This document shows positions 1 through 9,760 of a stretch of DNA of 64,000 nt, piece by piece. The notes under the pieces are model-generated. The model was not told the DNA's origin and ran no database searches. It worked only from the letters and a program-made list of their open reading frames with translations. The stretch's first letter is position 1. Every line of letters starts with the position of its first letter. Position numbers and translations under genes: made by a program. The stretch spans positions 134,173 through 198,172 of the forward strand of contig CAWHXD010000005.1 of NCBI GenBank assembly GCA_963833225.1, read 5' to 3'. The stretch comes from an uncultured Chloroflexia bacterium (GTDB taxonomy: Bacteria > Chloroflexota > Limnocylindria > Limnocylindrales > CSP1-4).

Positions 1-168
1 GATCCCTGGGGCCGGGTGGTCGCCCAGGCGGGCGATGCCGAGATGATCCTCCGCGCCGAGCTGGACCTCGGCCAGGTTGCCGCGGCCCGGCGCCAGATCC
101 CCGTGCTTGCCAACGTGCGGCCGGACGCGCTGCCGCCGGCCCGCGACGTCGAGCGGCGCGACGGCTGA
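1..168 (+). CDS. Carbon-nitrogen hydrolase (nitrilase family), C-terminal fragment
   Basis: Frame 1 reads DPWGRVVAQAGDAEMILRAELDLGQVAAARRQIPVL, the typical CN-hydrolase C-terminus; TGA at 166-168; truncated by the window edge. Confidence 0.8.
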   Translation, partial: DPWGRVVAQAGDAEMILRAELDLGQVAAARRQIPVLANVRPDALPPARDVERRDG

Positions 169-200
169 GGCCGCGGCGCCACCGGGCTGACGCAGCTGAT

Positions 201-884
201 CTAGCCCAGGCGGTCCAGGAGCTTCGCGACGCCCGGCCGGGCGGCCAGGCCCAGGAGCCGCCGCAGGACCGCCGGGCGCATCGATGCCACCCGGCTCGCT
301 GCCGCCGCGAGCTCGTCGGGCGGAACCTCCGCGATCGAAGCGAGGAGACGGGCCACGGCCCCTTCATCGAGGCGTGCGAGGACGCCCGCCAGCCGCCCGA
401 TGGCCACCGGGTCGGCGCCCACGACGCCGCCGGCCGCGCGGTCGAAGTCGGCGGCGAACGCGGCCAGGCCGTCCAGGCGCGCCAGGAGGATGGGATCGCC
501 CATCTCGCGCGCGCGGTCCCGTGACGCCGCCACCAACGGCAGGATCGGCCCGGTCTCGCGCTCCAGGCGCGAGACCGCGACGCGCCGGAACCATGCCCAG
601 TGGTCGCCCACCACGACCCACGCGCGACCCGCCGGCCCGCGCGCCCCGGACCGCTGCGGCGCCGACGCCTCGACCAGGCCCCAGCGCTCGCACTCGGCCA
701 GCGCGCCGAACGCGGCTCGGTGCGAGAGCCCCAGCGCATCGCGCAGCTCGGCCTCGGTCAGGGGCCCGCCGTGCGTCAGGAAGTAGCCCTGGACCAGGGC
801 GGTGGAGCGGGGGATTCCCCACGCCTCACCGGTCCTCGCCCAGCCGACGGCGAACTCGCGCCGGATCGTCTCTGCGTCGTCCAT
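201..884 (-). CDS. GbsR/MarR-like transcriptional regulator
   Basis: ATG at 884; motifs GEAWGIPRS..VQGYFL..PLTEAELRDALGLS..L.E.ERWGLV match GbsR-type wHTH; divergent from the epimerase gene. Confidence 0.8.
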   Translation of the reverse strand: MDDAETIRREFAVGWARTGEAWGIPRSTALVQGYFLTHGGPLTEAELRDALGLSHRAAFGALAECERWGLVEASAPQRSGARGPAGRAWVVVGDHWAWFRRVAVSRLERETGPILPLVAASRDRAREMGDPILLARLDGLAAFAADFDRAAGGVVGADPVAIGRLAGVLARLDEGAVARLLASIAEVPPDELAAAASRVASMRPAVLRRLLGLAARPGVAKLLDRLG

Positions 885-896
885 AAAACATGTCCC

Positions 897-947
897 TTGA
901 CAGGAACAAGTATTGGTGGCATAACTTGTTCCAGATGAGGAACAAGT
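897..947 (+). promoter_or_regulatory. Sigma70-type promoter overlapped by three GGAACAAGT operator half-sites
   Basis: TTGACA 897-902, 17 nt spacer, CATAAC 920-925; GGAACAAGT 903-911, its inverse ACTTGTTCC 924-932, GGAACAAGT 939-947. Confidence 0.75.
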
Positions 948-999
948 ATCGCGGTGGCGGCCGGTGCCGTCAACCGACGACATCGATGGAGGCAACGTC

Positions 1000-1926
1000 A
1001 TGGCCAGGCACGCGGTCACCGGCGCGCTCGGGTTCTCCGGGCGCCACGTCACGGCCCGGCTCGTCGACCGTGGCGACGCCGTGCTCAACCTCACCAACCA
1101 CCCCGACCGGCCGAACCCCCTGGGGGTTGCGATCCCCGCCGCCCCGCTCGCCTTCGATCGTCCTGACGATCTCCGCCGCGCGCTCGAGGGGGTCGACACC
1201 CTCGTGAACACCTACTGGGTCCGCTTCCCGCGGCTTGGGGTCACGCATGCCGACGCCGTCCGCAACTCCCGCACCCTGTTCGCGGCGGCAAGCGATGCAG
1301 GCGTGCGGCGCATCGTCCACGTGAGCATCGCCAACCCCGATCCGGCGTCGCGCCTGTCCTACTACCGCGGCAAGGCGGAGGTGGAGGCGGCGCTCGCCAC
1401 GAGCGGCCTGTCCTACGCGATCCTCCGGCCGACCGTGCTGTTCGGCGACGAGCCCATCCTGGCCAACTCGATCGCCTGGCTGCTCCGCCGGTCGCCGGTG
1501 TTCGGCATCCCGGGCGACGGCCGCTACGGGATCCAGCCGGTCGCGGTGGAGGACCTGGCCGGCCTGGTCGTGGAGGCGCTGGGCCGCGACGACGATCTCA
1601 CCTGGGACGCCGCCGGCCCGGAGATCCTCTCATTCACGGAGCTCGTGGAGGCGATCCGCGCGGCCACCGGTTCTCGGGCCCGCCTGGTGCACCTGCCGGG
1701 GCCGATCGCGCTCGCGGCTGCCGGCGCGCTCGGGTGCGTCGTCGGGGACACCCTGCTGACACGCGAGGAGCTCGAAGGACTGAGCGCCGGACTTCTCGTG
1801 AGCCGGGAGCTGCCACGGGGGACGGCGCGGTTCTCGGCCTGGCTCGCGGCGAACGGATCGTGGCTCGGCCGCCGCTACCTCAGCGAGGTCGGGCGGCACT
1901 TCCTCCCGTCCGCGGCGGCCGGATGA
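1000..1926 (+). CDS. NAD(P)-binding SDR / NDUFA9-like epimerase
   Basis: GGAGG RBS then ATG at 1000; VTGALGFSG Rossmann motif, YYRGK, ILRPTVLFG. Confidence 0.85.
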   Translation: MARHAVTGALGFSGRHVTARLVDRGDAVLNLTNHPDRPNPLGVAIPAAPLAFDRPDDLRRALEGVDTLVNTYWVRFPRLGVTHADAVRNSRTLFAAASDAGVRRIVHVSIANPDPASRLSYYRGKAEVEAALATSGLSYAILRPTVLFGDEPILANSIAWLLRRSPVFGIPGDGRYGIQPVAVEDLAGLVVEALGRDDDLTWDAAGPEILSFTELVEAIRAATGSRARLVHLPGPIALAAAGALGCVVGDTLLTREELEGLSAGLLVSRELPRGTARFSAWLAANGSWLGRRYLSEVGRHFLPSAAAG

Positions 1927-3229
1927 CCTCCGCCGCGAACACCAGGATGGCGGTGAGCACCCGATCGCGGACAGGCGAGTCCTCGCCCACCAGGTCGTGG
2001 CCGGCCTCGACCTCGAGCAAGGCTGGCGGCGACGGCAGCCGCTCGATCAGGGCGCGGGTCCGCGCCGGCCGGCTGACGGTGTCGTCGAGGCCCTGGACCA
2101 CGAGCACCGGGACCGCGACGGTTCGTGCGGCCGCGGTGGCCTTCCCGGACACGCGGAACAGCTGCTCGAGGACCGTCAGCGGCACCTGTAGCTCGCGCAT
2201 GCTGGCCGTGACCGCCGGGTCGTCGAGCTCAGCGCCCGGCATGAACGCTTCCAGGCCGGCCCGGGCCTCGGGTCTTGAGATGTCCAGGCGGCCGAACACG
2301 CGGAACCCCGGTGGCAGGAACACCCGCAGGATCGGCCCCACGACGCGCTGCCAAGCGGGCACCGGCCAGCAGAACGGGGCAAGCAGGACGAGGGCATCGG
2401 GGACGACGCGTGCTGTCGTTGCGAGCGCGAGCGCCCCACCGACCGCGTGTCCGACGACCAGCAGCTGGGTCACGCCGGACGCTCGCAGAGCCGCCGCGCC
2501 CTCCTCGACGGCCCTGGCCCAATCCTCGACCCGGTAGTCGGCGACCTGGTCAAACGCTGCGCCGTGTCCCGGGAGGCAAGGCACCTCCACGAGCCAGCCG
2601 TGTGACGCGAGCACGGCTGCCAGGCCCCGCAACTCCCTGGGCGATCCCGCGAAGCCGTGGACAAGGAGCGCGCCGCGTACCGCCGCGGGCGCGTCCGGCT
2701 TCAGGCTGGACTCGCCGCGGCCGTCCGGGCCGCCATCGAGCCGGCTCAGCCGGAACCCGTCGTGCCCCGGGCCGGCGAACAGGTCGAGTCCCGGCGGCAG
2801 CAGCGGGCCGGATGCCGGGACCCACCTGGCGTGCGCCAGGTCGAACAGCCACATGACACCGCCCCGGGCCACGAACCCCCAGCCGGCGCCGGCCGGCCAG
2901 GCGTCGCCGCCGGCACCGGCGACGAGCCACGCTCCAAGGGCGATGCACAGGACATCGACCCCCGCGCCGGCCAGGAGGATGAGCCGGACGCGCCGGGTGT
3001 CACGCTCGCGCGCGCCCGGGTCGCCAATCGTGCGTCGGCGCCTGCGCTCCGCGACCAGACGAGCCGCCGTGCCGAGCATCGCGTCGACGGCACCCCAGGC
3101 CACGAACACCGCCCCGACGCCGCCCCAGGGTGAGTCGCCAGCCCACATCGCGGCGGCACCCGCGATGACGCTCGCGAGCCCCCACGCGAGCAGGCGCCTG
3201 CCGAGGACGTCCACGAACTCGTAGATCAC
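1880..3229 (-). CDS. N-terminal 4-TM membrane domain fused to a carboxylesterase-like alpha/beta hydrolase
   Basis: LLVHGFAGSP, PCLPGHG, GHAVGG (nucleophile elbow, Ala at the Ser position), QGLDDTV, AGHDL; hydrophobic N-terminal ~135 aa. Confidence 0.75.
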   Translation of the reverse strand: MIYEFVDVLGRRLLAWGLASVIAGAAAMWAGDSPWGGVGAVFVAWGAVDAMLGTAARLVAERRRRRTIGDPGARERDTRRVRLILLAGAGVDVLCIALGAWLVAGAGGDAWPAGAGWGFVARGGVMWLFDLAHARWVPASGPLLPPGLDLFAGPGHDGFRLSRLDGGPDGRGESSLKPDAPAAVRGALLVHGFAGSPRELRGLAAVLASHGWLVEVPCLPGHGAAFDQVADYRVEDWARAVEEGAAALRASGVTQLLVVGHAVGGALALATTARVVPDALVLLAPFCWPVPAWQRVVGPILRVFLPPGFRVFGRLDISRPEARAGLEAFMPGAELDDPAVTASMRELQVPLTVLEQLFRVSGKATAAARTVAVPVLVVQGLDDTVSRPARTRALIERLPSPPALLEVEAGHDLVGEDSPVRDRVLTAILVFAAEVIRPPRTGGSAARPR

Positions 3230-3341
3230 GCGGGGCGGCTCCTGGTGCGGTGGCCCCGGTGCCAGCCAGGGATGGCGGCCGGGGAGCCAGCCGGGGTGGC
3301 GCCCCGGGGTTCGCGCCGGAGCCTACATCCGGAAGGGACGA

Positions 3342-4445
3342 TCAGGCGGCTTCCTCGCGGATGTGCAGGACGCGTCGCGTGAACGGGACCCGGAACTCCC
3401 GGAAGACCTCGACCGAGACGAGGGTCCCCGCGAACAGGAACACGACCCCGAGGAACTCCCCCAGGAAGAAGGTCTCCGTGATGCCGAAGCGCGACAGGCC
3501 CGACGTGATGGACGGGATGAAGCCGCCGATCGCGAGCAGGATCGTCGCCGGGACGCGCGAGTGGAGCTTTCCCGCGAACAGCGCACGCACGGTGCCGGGG
3601 ACCGAGATCAGCAGGTTGACCAGGATCGCGACAGGGGCAATGAGCAGGTTCACCAGGAACGGCCGCAGGCCGCGGTCCCGGGCGAGGTCGTACCGGATGA
3701 CCCGCCGCTTGGGCATGAACACGTACGTGCTGTACACGGCGCCGAGGGCGAGCGCGAAGCCGCCGGTCACGTTGAACAGGGGCGTGAGCAGGCGGACGGA
3801 GCCGGGCATCGCCGTGCCGACCGGGATGCCGTTCGCATCGAGGACGTAGCCGGGGGCCGGGATCGCGGCCAGAAGCACGATCGGAATGGCGATCGCTGAC
3901 CCACCGATGATCAGCGCGCCCGCGATGGCTGCCCAGCGGCCGGTGCCGCGATAGGTCTCGATCGAGATCAGGACGGCGCCGACGGCCGCGATCGCGAACG
4001 CCGCGTAGGGCAGGATGCCGGTGTCCGTGTACTGCGCCTTGGCCTGCGACAGGACGGTGAACAGACCGGCGAGGAGCACCGAAAACGCCGCGCCATACCC
4101 GAACCGGGTCTTGGCCAGCAGGAACATGGTCCCGAGGCCAAGCCACGCCGCGACGTACACGGCACCGATCAGGTACCAGGCACGGTACAGCCCCTCGCTC
4201 CAGCCAAAGGCGCCGCCCAGGAACTCGGTACCGGCGGACAGGCCATACCATGCCATCCCGATCGTCCAGATGAGCTGGTAGGAGCGCCGCCGCTCAAGCC
4301 ACTGGTCGAGCAGGAAGAGCGCGAACACGAAGCTCAGGACGGACGACAGGAGGGGGAGCAGGACGTTCGGTTGCACGGTGGGAGACCTCAGGTTCCGGGG
4401 GCCCTCGCCCGGTTCGGTGACCCTATCGGATGGCATGGTCGCCAC
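3342..4445 (-). CDS. Polytopic membrane protein, function unknown
   Basis: About 9-10 hydrophobic segments, strong GC3 bias; start codon uncertain. Confidence 0.75.
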   Translation of the reverse strand: MATMPSDRVTEPGEGPRNLRSPTVQPNVLLPLLSSVLSFVFALFLLDQWLERRRSYQLIWTIGMAWYGLSAGTEFLGGAFGWSEGLYRAWYLIGAVYVAAWLGLGTMFLLAKTRFGYGAAFSVLLAGLFTVLSQAKAQYTDTGILPYAAFAIAAVGAVLISIETYRGTGRWAAIAGALIIGGSAIAIPIVLLAAIPAPGYVLDANGIPVGTAMPGSVRLLTPLFNVTGGFALALGAVYSTYVFMPKRRVIRYDLARDRGLRPFLVNLLIAPVAILVNLLISVPGTVRALFAGKLHSRVPATILLAIGGFIPSITSGLSRFGITETFFLGEFLGVVFLFAGTLVSVEVFREFRVPFTRRVLHIREEAA

Positions 4446-4564
4446 TCAATGTGCCCGTGGATCACATCGTGCTGTGCCGGGTGGCCCCTTCTCCATCGGT
4501 CGGTATGGATCGGACGGCACCCATCCGGCCTCCCGGCTCCTGGCTCGCCTGCCCACGACCCAGC

Positions 4565-4602
4565 GTAAGGCCCCCGTAAGTCAGGGATGGAGGCCCGGTA
4601 AG
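4565..4602. promoter_or_regulatory. GTAAG direct repeats on an 11-bp period (OmpR/PhoB-like box)
   Basis: GTAAG at 4565, 4576 and 4598, with a degenerate unit at 4587, between divergent genes. Confidence 0.4.
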
Positions 4603-4625
4603 GGTCGTCCGGCACTGTTGCGGCC

Positions 4626-5324
4626 ATGAACGACACCGAGAAGCGGCGAGCCAAGCGCCGGCGCAAGGCCGGCAAGGACTACCGGACCTGGGACCTCGGC
4701 AACGGGGTCGTCCAGGCGACGCCGGAGGCAGTGCTCCGGGCGATGGGCGGCCTTCCGCCGGACCTCGAGTGGGAGGTCATGGCGCCCCACGTCATCCCCA
4801 TCCTCCCGCGACGGCGGCCGATGCCGTCGCAGGCTGGCGAGCCGTTCCGGGTCACCCTTCCGCCCGGGATCCCGACGGGCTTCGGGATCGACATCGGCCC
4901 CGCGTTCCTCGTCGTTGGCGAATCCCTGCTCGGATCGTGGCCGATCGGCCCGGCCGAGCTCGTGGCCACCGCGCTCGAGAACCTGCGGACGCGCATGGGC
5001 CCGGTCCGCTCGCGGGATCTCCTGCGCCAGCACTTCGATGGCGTTCCGGCCCGGGTCCTCCAGTCGGGCGTCGGGTGCGCATCGGCCCTCGTCCTCGCCC
5101 CGGATGAGCTCCAGCGGATCTTCGGTGGCGAGCCCCAGCTGCTCGTCGCTCCGATGCGGGACATCCTCATCTCGCTGCCACCCGACGTGGACCGAGGCTT
5201 CGTCGCCTGGCTCAACGAGGAGGTTGCCACCATGGATCCCAACGGCCTCGATCTCGACGCGTTCGCGCTCGAGGCCGGGGACCTTCGCTATGAGGCGCTG
5301 CCGCTCAGGGGACGCAAGGACTGA
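4626..5324 (+). CDS. Hypothetical protein, DUF1444/YtpQ-like
   Basis: Segments L..W.....EL...ALENL, ASALVL and LLVAPMRDILI resemble DUF1444. Confidence 0.55.
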   Translation: MNDTEKRRAKRRRKAGKDYRTWDLGNGVVQATPEAVLRAMGGLPPDLEWEVMAPHVIPILPRRRPMPSQAGEPFRVTLPPGIPTGFGIDIGPAFLVVGESLLGSWPIGPAELVATALENLRTRMGPVRSRDLLRQHFDGVPARVLQSGVGCASALVLAPDELQRIFGGEPQLLVAPMRDILISLPPDVDRGFVAWLNEEVATMDPNGLDLDAFALEAGDLRYEALPLRGRKD

Positions 5325-5368
5325 ACGACGGCGCCGCGGCTCGGGACCGCGGGTGGTGGCGGGCCAGT

Positions 5369-6658
5369 TCAGCCGACCGCGAGCTCATCATCGACGAACA
5401 TGCCATCCGCGTCGAACCTGATCGCCTGTGGCCGGCCAAGGAGGCTGCAGCGGCCCGTGGCGAGCACATCGTCCAGCGCGGGCTCGCTGACGAGCAGGAC
5501 GGAGAGGTCCTTCGTGCTGCGCGCACGGACGATGCGCGCTTCGCCGGAGGCAAGACGCACGCTCGACGCCAGGGCGATCCCCAGCGCGTCCCGGTCCGTG
5601 TCCACGGTGAGCGGCCGCTTCGCGCTTTCGACGGCCTTGGCCGTGACGCTGTTGAGGTACGTCGTGCGCTCGTCCATCGCGGCGACCGCCCGTCGGAGCG
5701 CCACGTCGGCGAACCCGATCCCGTTCGCGTTGCCCTTGGTGGCCGGTGTGAGGCCGCGGACGACGATCCGCTCGATGCGGGGACCGGTATCGGACGCGCC
5801 CGCCTTCGCCCGGCCGATGACGTTGGGGTCCATCCCGGTGCCGCTGATGTCCTTGCCGATGAGGTCCAGCACGAGCACGTCGATGCGGTCCAGGGGCAGG
5901 CGGGCCATGTAGGTCCGGGCCTCGGTCAGGAGCTCGGCTTCCCGAACCTCGACCCGGCCGGCGGGGATCGCCTCCACGTGGGCCAGGTGCCCAAAGCCAT
6001 CCTCGACCAGCGCCACACCGAACGCGATCGGCGCCGCGGCGATCGTGTGGCGAGCAACGGCCGGGACCAGCACGGAGAACCGATCGTAGCCAAGCCGGTG
6101 GAACGTGTCGGCACCCCGCTGCTTGCCAAGGCCGATGGCGATCATCTTCATCAGGCCGCTCTCGATCGGTCCGGCAAACCCGGTATGGGGCTTCACGCGA
6201 TTGACCGGCACGATCAGGTCGGCATCCTCGAATGCGTGCCGGTCGAGGTACACGGGCACGCCCGGGACCACCTCGCCCAGGTCCACCGTGTCCATCGACG
6301 CACGGATCTCGCAGCCCATCGCGTCCGGGGTGATGCCGTAGCCCGCGAGGACCGCCAGCTGCCCCTCCGGCGTCGCGCCTCCGTGGCTGCCCATCGCGGG
6401 CACGATGAACACGGTGGCACCGGCCTCGCGGATGCTGCCGACAACCGCGCCCACGACCTGTCCGATGCGATCGATCCCGCGGCTGCCGGCCGCAACGCAC
6501 ACCCGCATCCCGGGGCGCACGGCCGACATGACGGGCCCGAGGGCGTCGCGGGTGGCCGCGGCCGCATCGGGCAGGGCGAGATCCTTGAGCTCCTGGCGCA
6601 CGGGCGCCCATCGCGGGAGGGGCTCGCTGTGGAACTCGGGATACGTGGCGCCGGTCAT
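5369..6658 (-). CDS. LarA N-terminal-like (DUF2088/DUF362) protein
   Basis: GSRGI, VPAMGSHGGAT, VNRVKPHT, ESGLMKM..IGLGKQ, GKDISGTGMDPNVIGR motifs. Confidence 0.8.
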   Translation of the reverse strand: MTGATYPEFHSEPLPRWAPVRQELKDLALPDAAAATRDALGPVMSAVRPGMRVCVAAGSRGIDRIGQVVGAVVGSIREAGATVFIVPAMGSHGGATPEGQLAVLAGYGITPDAMGCEIRASMDTVDLGEVVPGVPVYLDRHAFEDADLIVPVNRVKPHTGFAGPIESGLMKMIAIGLGKQRGADTFHRLGYDRFSVLVPAVARHTIAAAPIAFGVALVEDGFGHLAHVEAIPAGRVEVREAELLTEARTYMARLPLDRIDVLVLDLIGKDISGTGMDPNVIGRAKAGASDTGPRIERIVVRGLTPATKGNANGIGFADVALRRAVAAMDERTTYLNSVTAKAVESAKRPLTVDTDRDALGIALASSVRLASGEARIVRARSTKDLSVLLVSEPALDDVLATGRCSLLGRPQAIRFDADGMFVDDELAVG

Positions 6659-6769
6659 CTGTCGATCATGCCCCCTCCGGCGCTGGTTCGCCGGGGCGTC
6701 GCACGAACGCCGCCACGGCGGGGACGGCGATGGCTACACTGGCGACCCCACCGCCCATGGGAGCCCAGG

Positions 6770-7540
6770 ATGACCGACCGGCCAGATCACGTGGCGGGCG
6801 CCCAGAGCGCCCCGCCGGCTCCTCCCAGTCCGACACGCTCCCCCGTGGCGCCTGCTCCGCCTCCCGCCGTGACCGGGTGGGGCCAGCCGCCTGGCATGGC
6901 GCCCTCTTCCCGGCCCCCTGGCCCCCGGGGGACGAGCGGCAAGACCTCGCTGGTCGTGCTCGGCGTCATCCTTGGCGTCCTGCTGGGCGCCAACCTCGTG
7001 GATGCGGCGTTGCCGCTCCCGCAGGATCCCTCGATCGTGGATGCAGGTCCCGGGATCCCGACCGAGCCGCAGCCTGGCGGCGAGCCGCAGCCAAGCCCGG
7101 TCCAGCCCGGTCCGGTCGAGCCCGGGGATGGTCTGGACGTCGGCGGCGGCTTCGACATCTTCCCGCCCGGCGGCTGGACATCCGTGGGCAGCGAGGATGG
7201 CACCGTCCTCCAGAAAGGCAGCGTGCTCCTGATCGTCGCCGGCTTCTCCTGGGAGCAGTCGGCCACCGACCTGGCGTCCGCGTACCGCGACGCCTGGTTC
7301 GAGGACGGCCAGTTCACCGGTGACGACCCGGAGACGGGGTCGGTGGGCAACGGCATCCCGGCCGCCGGGCTCAACTACACGGGCACCTGGAACGGGACCC
7401 AGGTCGACGGCGCGATCATCGCGGCCGCCGCCGCCAACTCGGGGCTGATCATCAACGTCGTGGGGCCTACGGGGAGCCTGAACGCGGTGAGCTCGGACCT
7501 CGACACGATCCTGGGCACCGTCCAGCACGCGGGAGGCTGA
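6770..7540 (+). CDS. Single-TM protein with Pro-rich N-terminus and extracellular domain
   Basis: ATG 6770; TM SLVVLGVILGVLLG; 1 nt upstream of the PrsW gene. Confidence 0.7.
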   Translation: MTDRPDHVAGAQSAPPAPPSPTRSPVAPAPPPAVTGWGQPPGMAPSSRPPGPRGTSGKTSLVVLGVILGVLLGANLVDAALPLPQDPSIVDAGPGIPTEPQPGGEPQPSPVQPGPVEPGDGLDVGGGFDIFPPGGWTSVGSEDGTVLQKGSVLLIVAGFSWEQSATDLASAYRDAWFEDGQFTGDDPETGSVGNGIPAAGLNYTGTWNGTQVDGAIIAAAAANSGLIINVVGPTGSLNAVSSDLDTILGTVQHAGG

Positions 7541-7541
7541 C

Positions 7542-9131
7542 ATGACCGCCCAACCCGCTCCCACGGTCACCGGTCCCGCCCCTCGATGGGGCGACCAGAC
7601 CGGCTTCTTCCAGCGTCACCAGCCGGCGTTCTGGCTGTTCATCGTCATCCTCGGCGTGACGAGCCTCGACTTCCTCTCCGAGCAGCTCCAGATGATCTCC
7701 GCCGAGCCCACGGCATGGCTCGTGACGGTGATCCTCCTGGTGCCCTACGCGATCCCGGTGATCGCGATCATCTACTACCTCGACCTGTTCGAGCGTGAGC
7801 CGATCTCGATCCTGGTCGCCGCGCTGCTGTGGGGTGGCATCGCGGCCACCACGCTGTCGATCTACACGAACACGCCGCTCATGGAGGTGATCTTCAAGAT
7901 CACCGGGGACCCCAACTTCACGAACGAATGGGCCGCAGCACTCACGGCGCCGTTCGTCGAGGAGCTGTTCAAGGGGCTCGCGGTGGTGCTCCTGATCGCC
8001 ATTGCCCGCGCCGAGCTCGACGACGTCCTCGATGGCTTCGTGTGGGGCGCGATGGTCGGGATCGGCTTCCTGCTGGTCGAAGACGTCATCTACTTCGTGC
8101 GGGCCGCCTCCGACTCGGGTTCGATCACCGCTGTGTTCCAGATGTTCATGATCCGGATCCTCGGGGCCGGCCCGTACAGCCATTTCCTGTACACCGGGCT
8201 CGTCGGAATGGGCATCGCCTACTTCACCGTGCGGCGCGACAAGTCGGATGCCGCCCGTCTGCTGACGGCGACCGGCTTGATCGCGGCGGGGGTCGGCGCT
8301 CACTTCTTCTGGAATTCGCCGCTGCTGTCTGGGCTGCTCGGTGATGGCGACAGCATCGTGGGCTGGCTGATCTACGTGACGGCGAAGGGCCTGCCGATGC
8401 TGATCGGGCTGATCGTCGTCGTGCGGCTGGCCCGCCAGCGCGAGCGCCGGTGGTTTGCCGCCTTCACCGCCAACTTCGCGGACGACGGCTCGATCACGCC
8501 CGGCGAGGTCATCGAGTTGAGCGGGCTTCGTTCCCGGCGGCGGGCCCGTAACGCCGCCGGCCGTGAGCGCGGGCCACGCGGGAAGCAGCTCAAGGGCCAG
8601 CTGCAGCGCCAGCAGATGGGCCTCGCGATGTCGTTCAGCAAGTACGGCTCCGAGAGCCATCCCGAGGTTGCGCAGCGCATGGCCGACATCGCGGCGCTGC
8701 GGGCAGAATATGCGGCCCTCGGTGCGACCGGCCCTGCAGCCGCGAGTGGCTGGGGTGCCGCAGCTCCGGGGGCGGGCCCGGTCGCGCAGCCCGCTGCGTG
8801 GGGCCAGTCGGCCCCGGTCGCGCAGCCCGCCCCGGTCGCGCAGCCGGCAGCGTGGGGCCAGCCGGCCCCGGTCGCTGCGCCCGCGCCGACGCCGCAGCCG
8901 GCCCCTCCGCCGGTGGCACAGGACGCACCGGCCTGGAGTCCCACCCATGCTGTGCCGGACGGTGGCCTACCCGCCTGGAGCGCCCCCAACCCGGCGCTCG
9001 CGCCGGCCGTGACGCTGGATCCGCACCTCGATCTCGTCGTTGTCGAGCGGGCAGGAGACTGGGCAAGGGTGGTCGCCATCAACGGGTGGGCTGGCTGGGT
9101 GGACGCCCGCAGGCTCGTGGCCAAGGCCTGA
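7542..9131 (+). CDS. PrsW-family intramembrane metalloprotease with C-terminal SH3-like domain
   Basis: APFVEELFKG, GIGFLLVED, HFLYTG, AHFFWNS motifs; C-terminal VVERAGDWARV...GWVDARRL. Confidence 0.9.
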   Translation: MTAQPAPTVTGPAPRWGDQTGFFQRHQPAFWLFIVILGVTSLDFLSEQLQMISAEPTAWLVTVILLVPYAIPVIAIIYYLDLFEREPISILVAALLWGGIAATTLSIYTNTPLMEVIFKITGDPNFTNEWAAALTAPFVEELFKGLAVVLLIAIARAELDDVLDGFVWGAMVGIGFLLVEDVIYFVRAASDSGSITAVFQMFMIRILGAGPYSHFLYTGLVGMGIAYFTVRRDKSDAARLLTATGLIAAGVGAHFFWNSPLLSGLLGDGDSIVGWLIYVTAKGLPMLIGLIVVVRLARQRERRWFAAFTANFADDGSITPGEVIELSGLRSRRRARNAAGRERGPRGKQLKGQLQRQQMGLAMSFSKYGSESHPEVAQRMADIAALRAEYAALGATGPAAASGWGAAAPGAGPVAQPAAWGQSAPVAQPAPVAQPAAWGQPAPVAAPAPTPQPAPPPVAQDAPAWSPTHAVPDGGLPAWSAPNPALAPAVTLDPHLDLVVVERAGDWARVVAINGWAGWVDARRLVAKA

Positions 9132-9204
9132 GGGCAACACGCTCCTGCTCTCTCGCCCGCCTGGCGCCTAGACTTCCGCATGCGTCCACAGCCCGGGAGG
9201 CGTC

Positions 9205-9504
9205 ATGTTCAAGGCAATGATCCTGCTCACCCGTCGCGCCGACCTGTCGCGCGACGAGTTCCGAACCTGGTGGCTGGAGGAGCACCGGCCGCTTGCCCTT
9301 GCGTTGCCCGGGCTGCGGAAGATGGTGATCAACCTGGTGGACGAAGGTCCGGAAGGGGGCATTGACGGCGTGTCCGAGCTCTGGTTCGACAGTCGCGAGG
9401 ATTTCGACGCCGCCTACGCCACCGATCACGGGAAAGCCGTGGCGGCCGACTCGATGGCCCACGTCCAGTCGCGGACTCGCTACATCATCACCGAGCACGA
9501 GTAG
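9205..9504 (+). CDS. EthD-family protein
   Basis: F..WW.EEH.PLA..LPGLR, DGVSELWFDS; GGAGG RBS. Confidence 0.85.
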   Translation: MFKAMILLTRRADLSRDEFRTWWLEEHRPLALALPGLRKMVINLVDEGPEGGIDGVSELWFDSREDFDAAYATDHGKAVAADSMAHVQSRTRYIITEHE

Positions 9505-9760
9505 GCAGGGCACCCCACACGAGGCGGCCCGAGCGGCGGGTCCCCGCGCCTCGGGCCTGGCGGTTGGCGGCGGCCCGCTGCCGGCGGCTGGCGGCTGGCG
9601 CCCCAACGGGCGCATGCCGTTTCGACGCGGGCGCGCCACGCCCAGCTTGTTGCATCGGCTCCGCCACCCTCGCGACAACCGCCGCCGCCGCCGCCCGATC
9701 CGTTCGGCGCCGCGCCCGTTCGAGCGCCGGGCGCCCGGATCCGGATTCGCTCGCGCCCGG

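Noticed and set aside
4449-4469. CRP/Rex-like site ATGTGCCCGTGGATCACAT
   Set aside because: Spacing is off by one and the left half-site mismatches; not distinguishable from chance.
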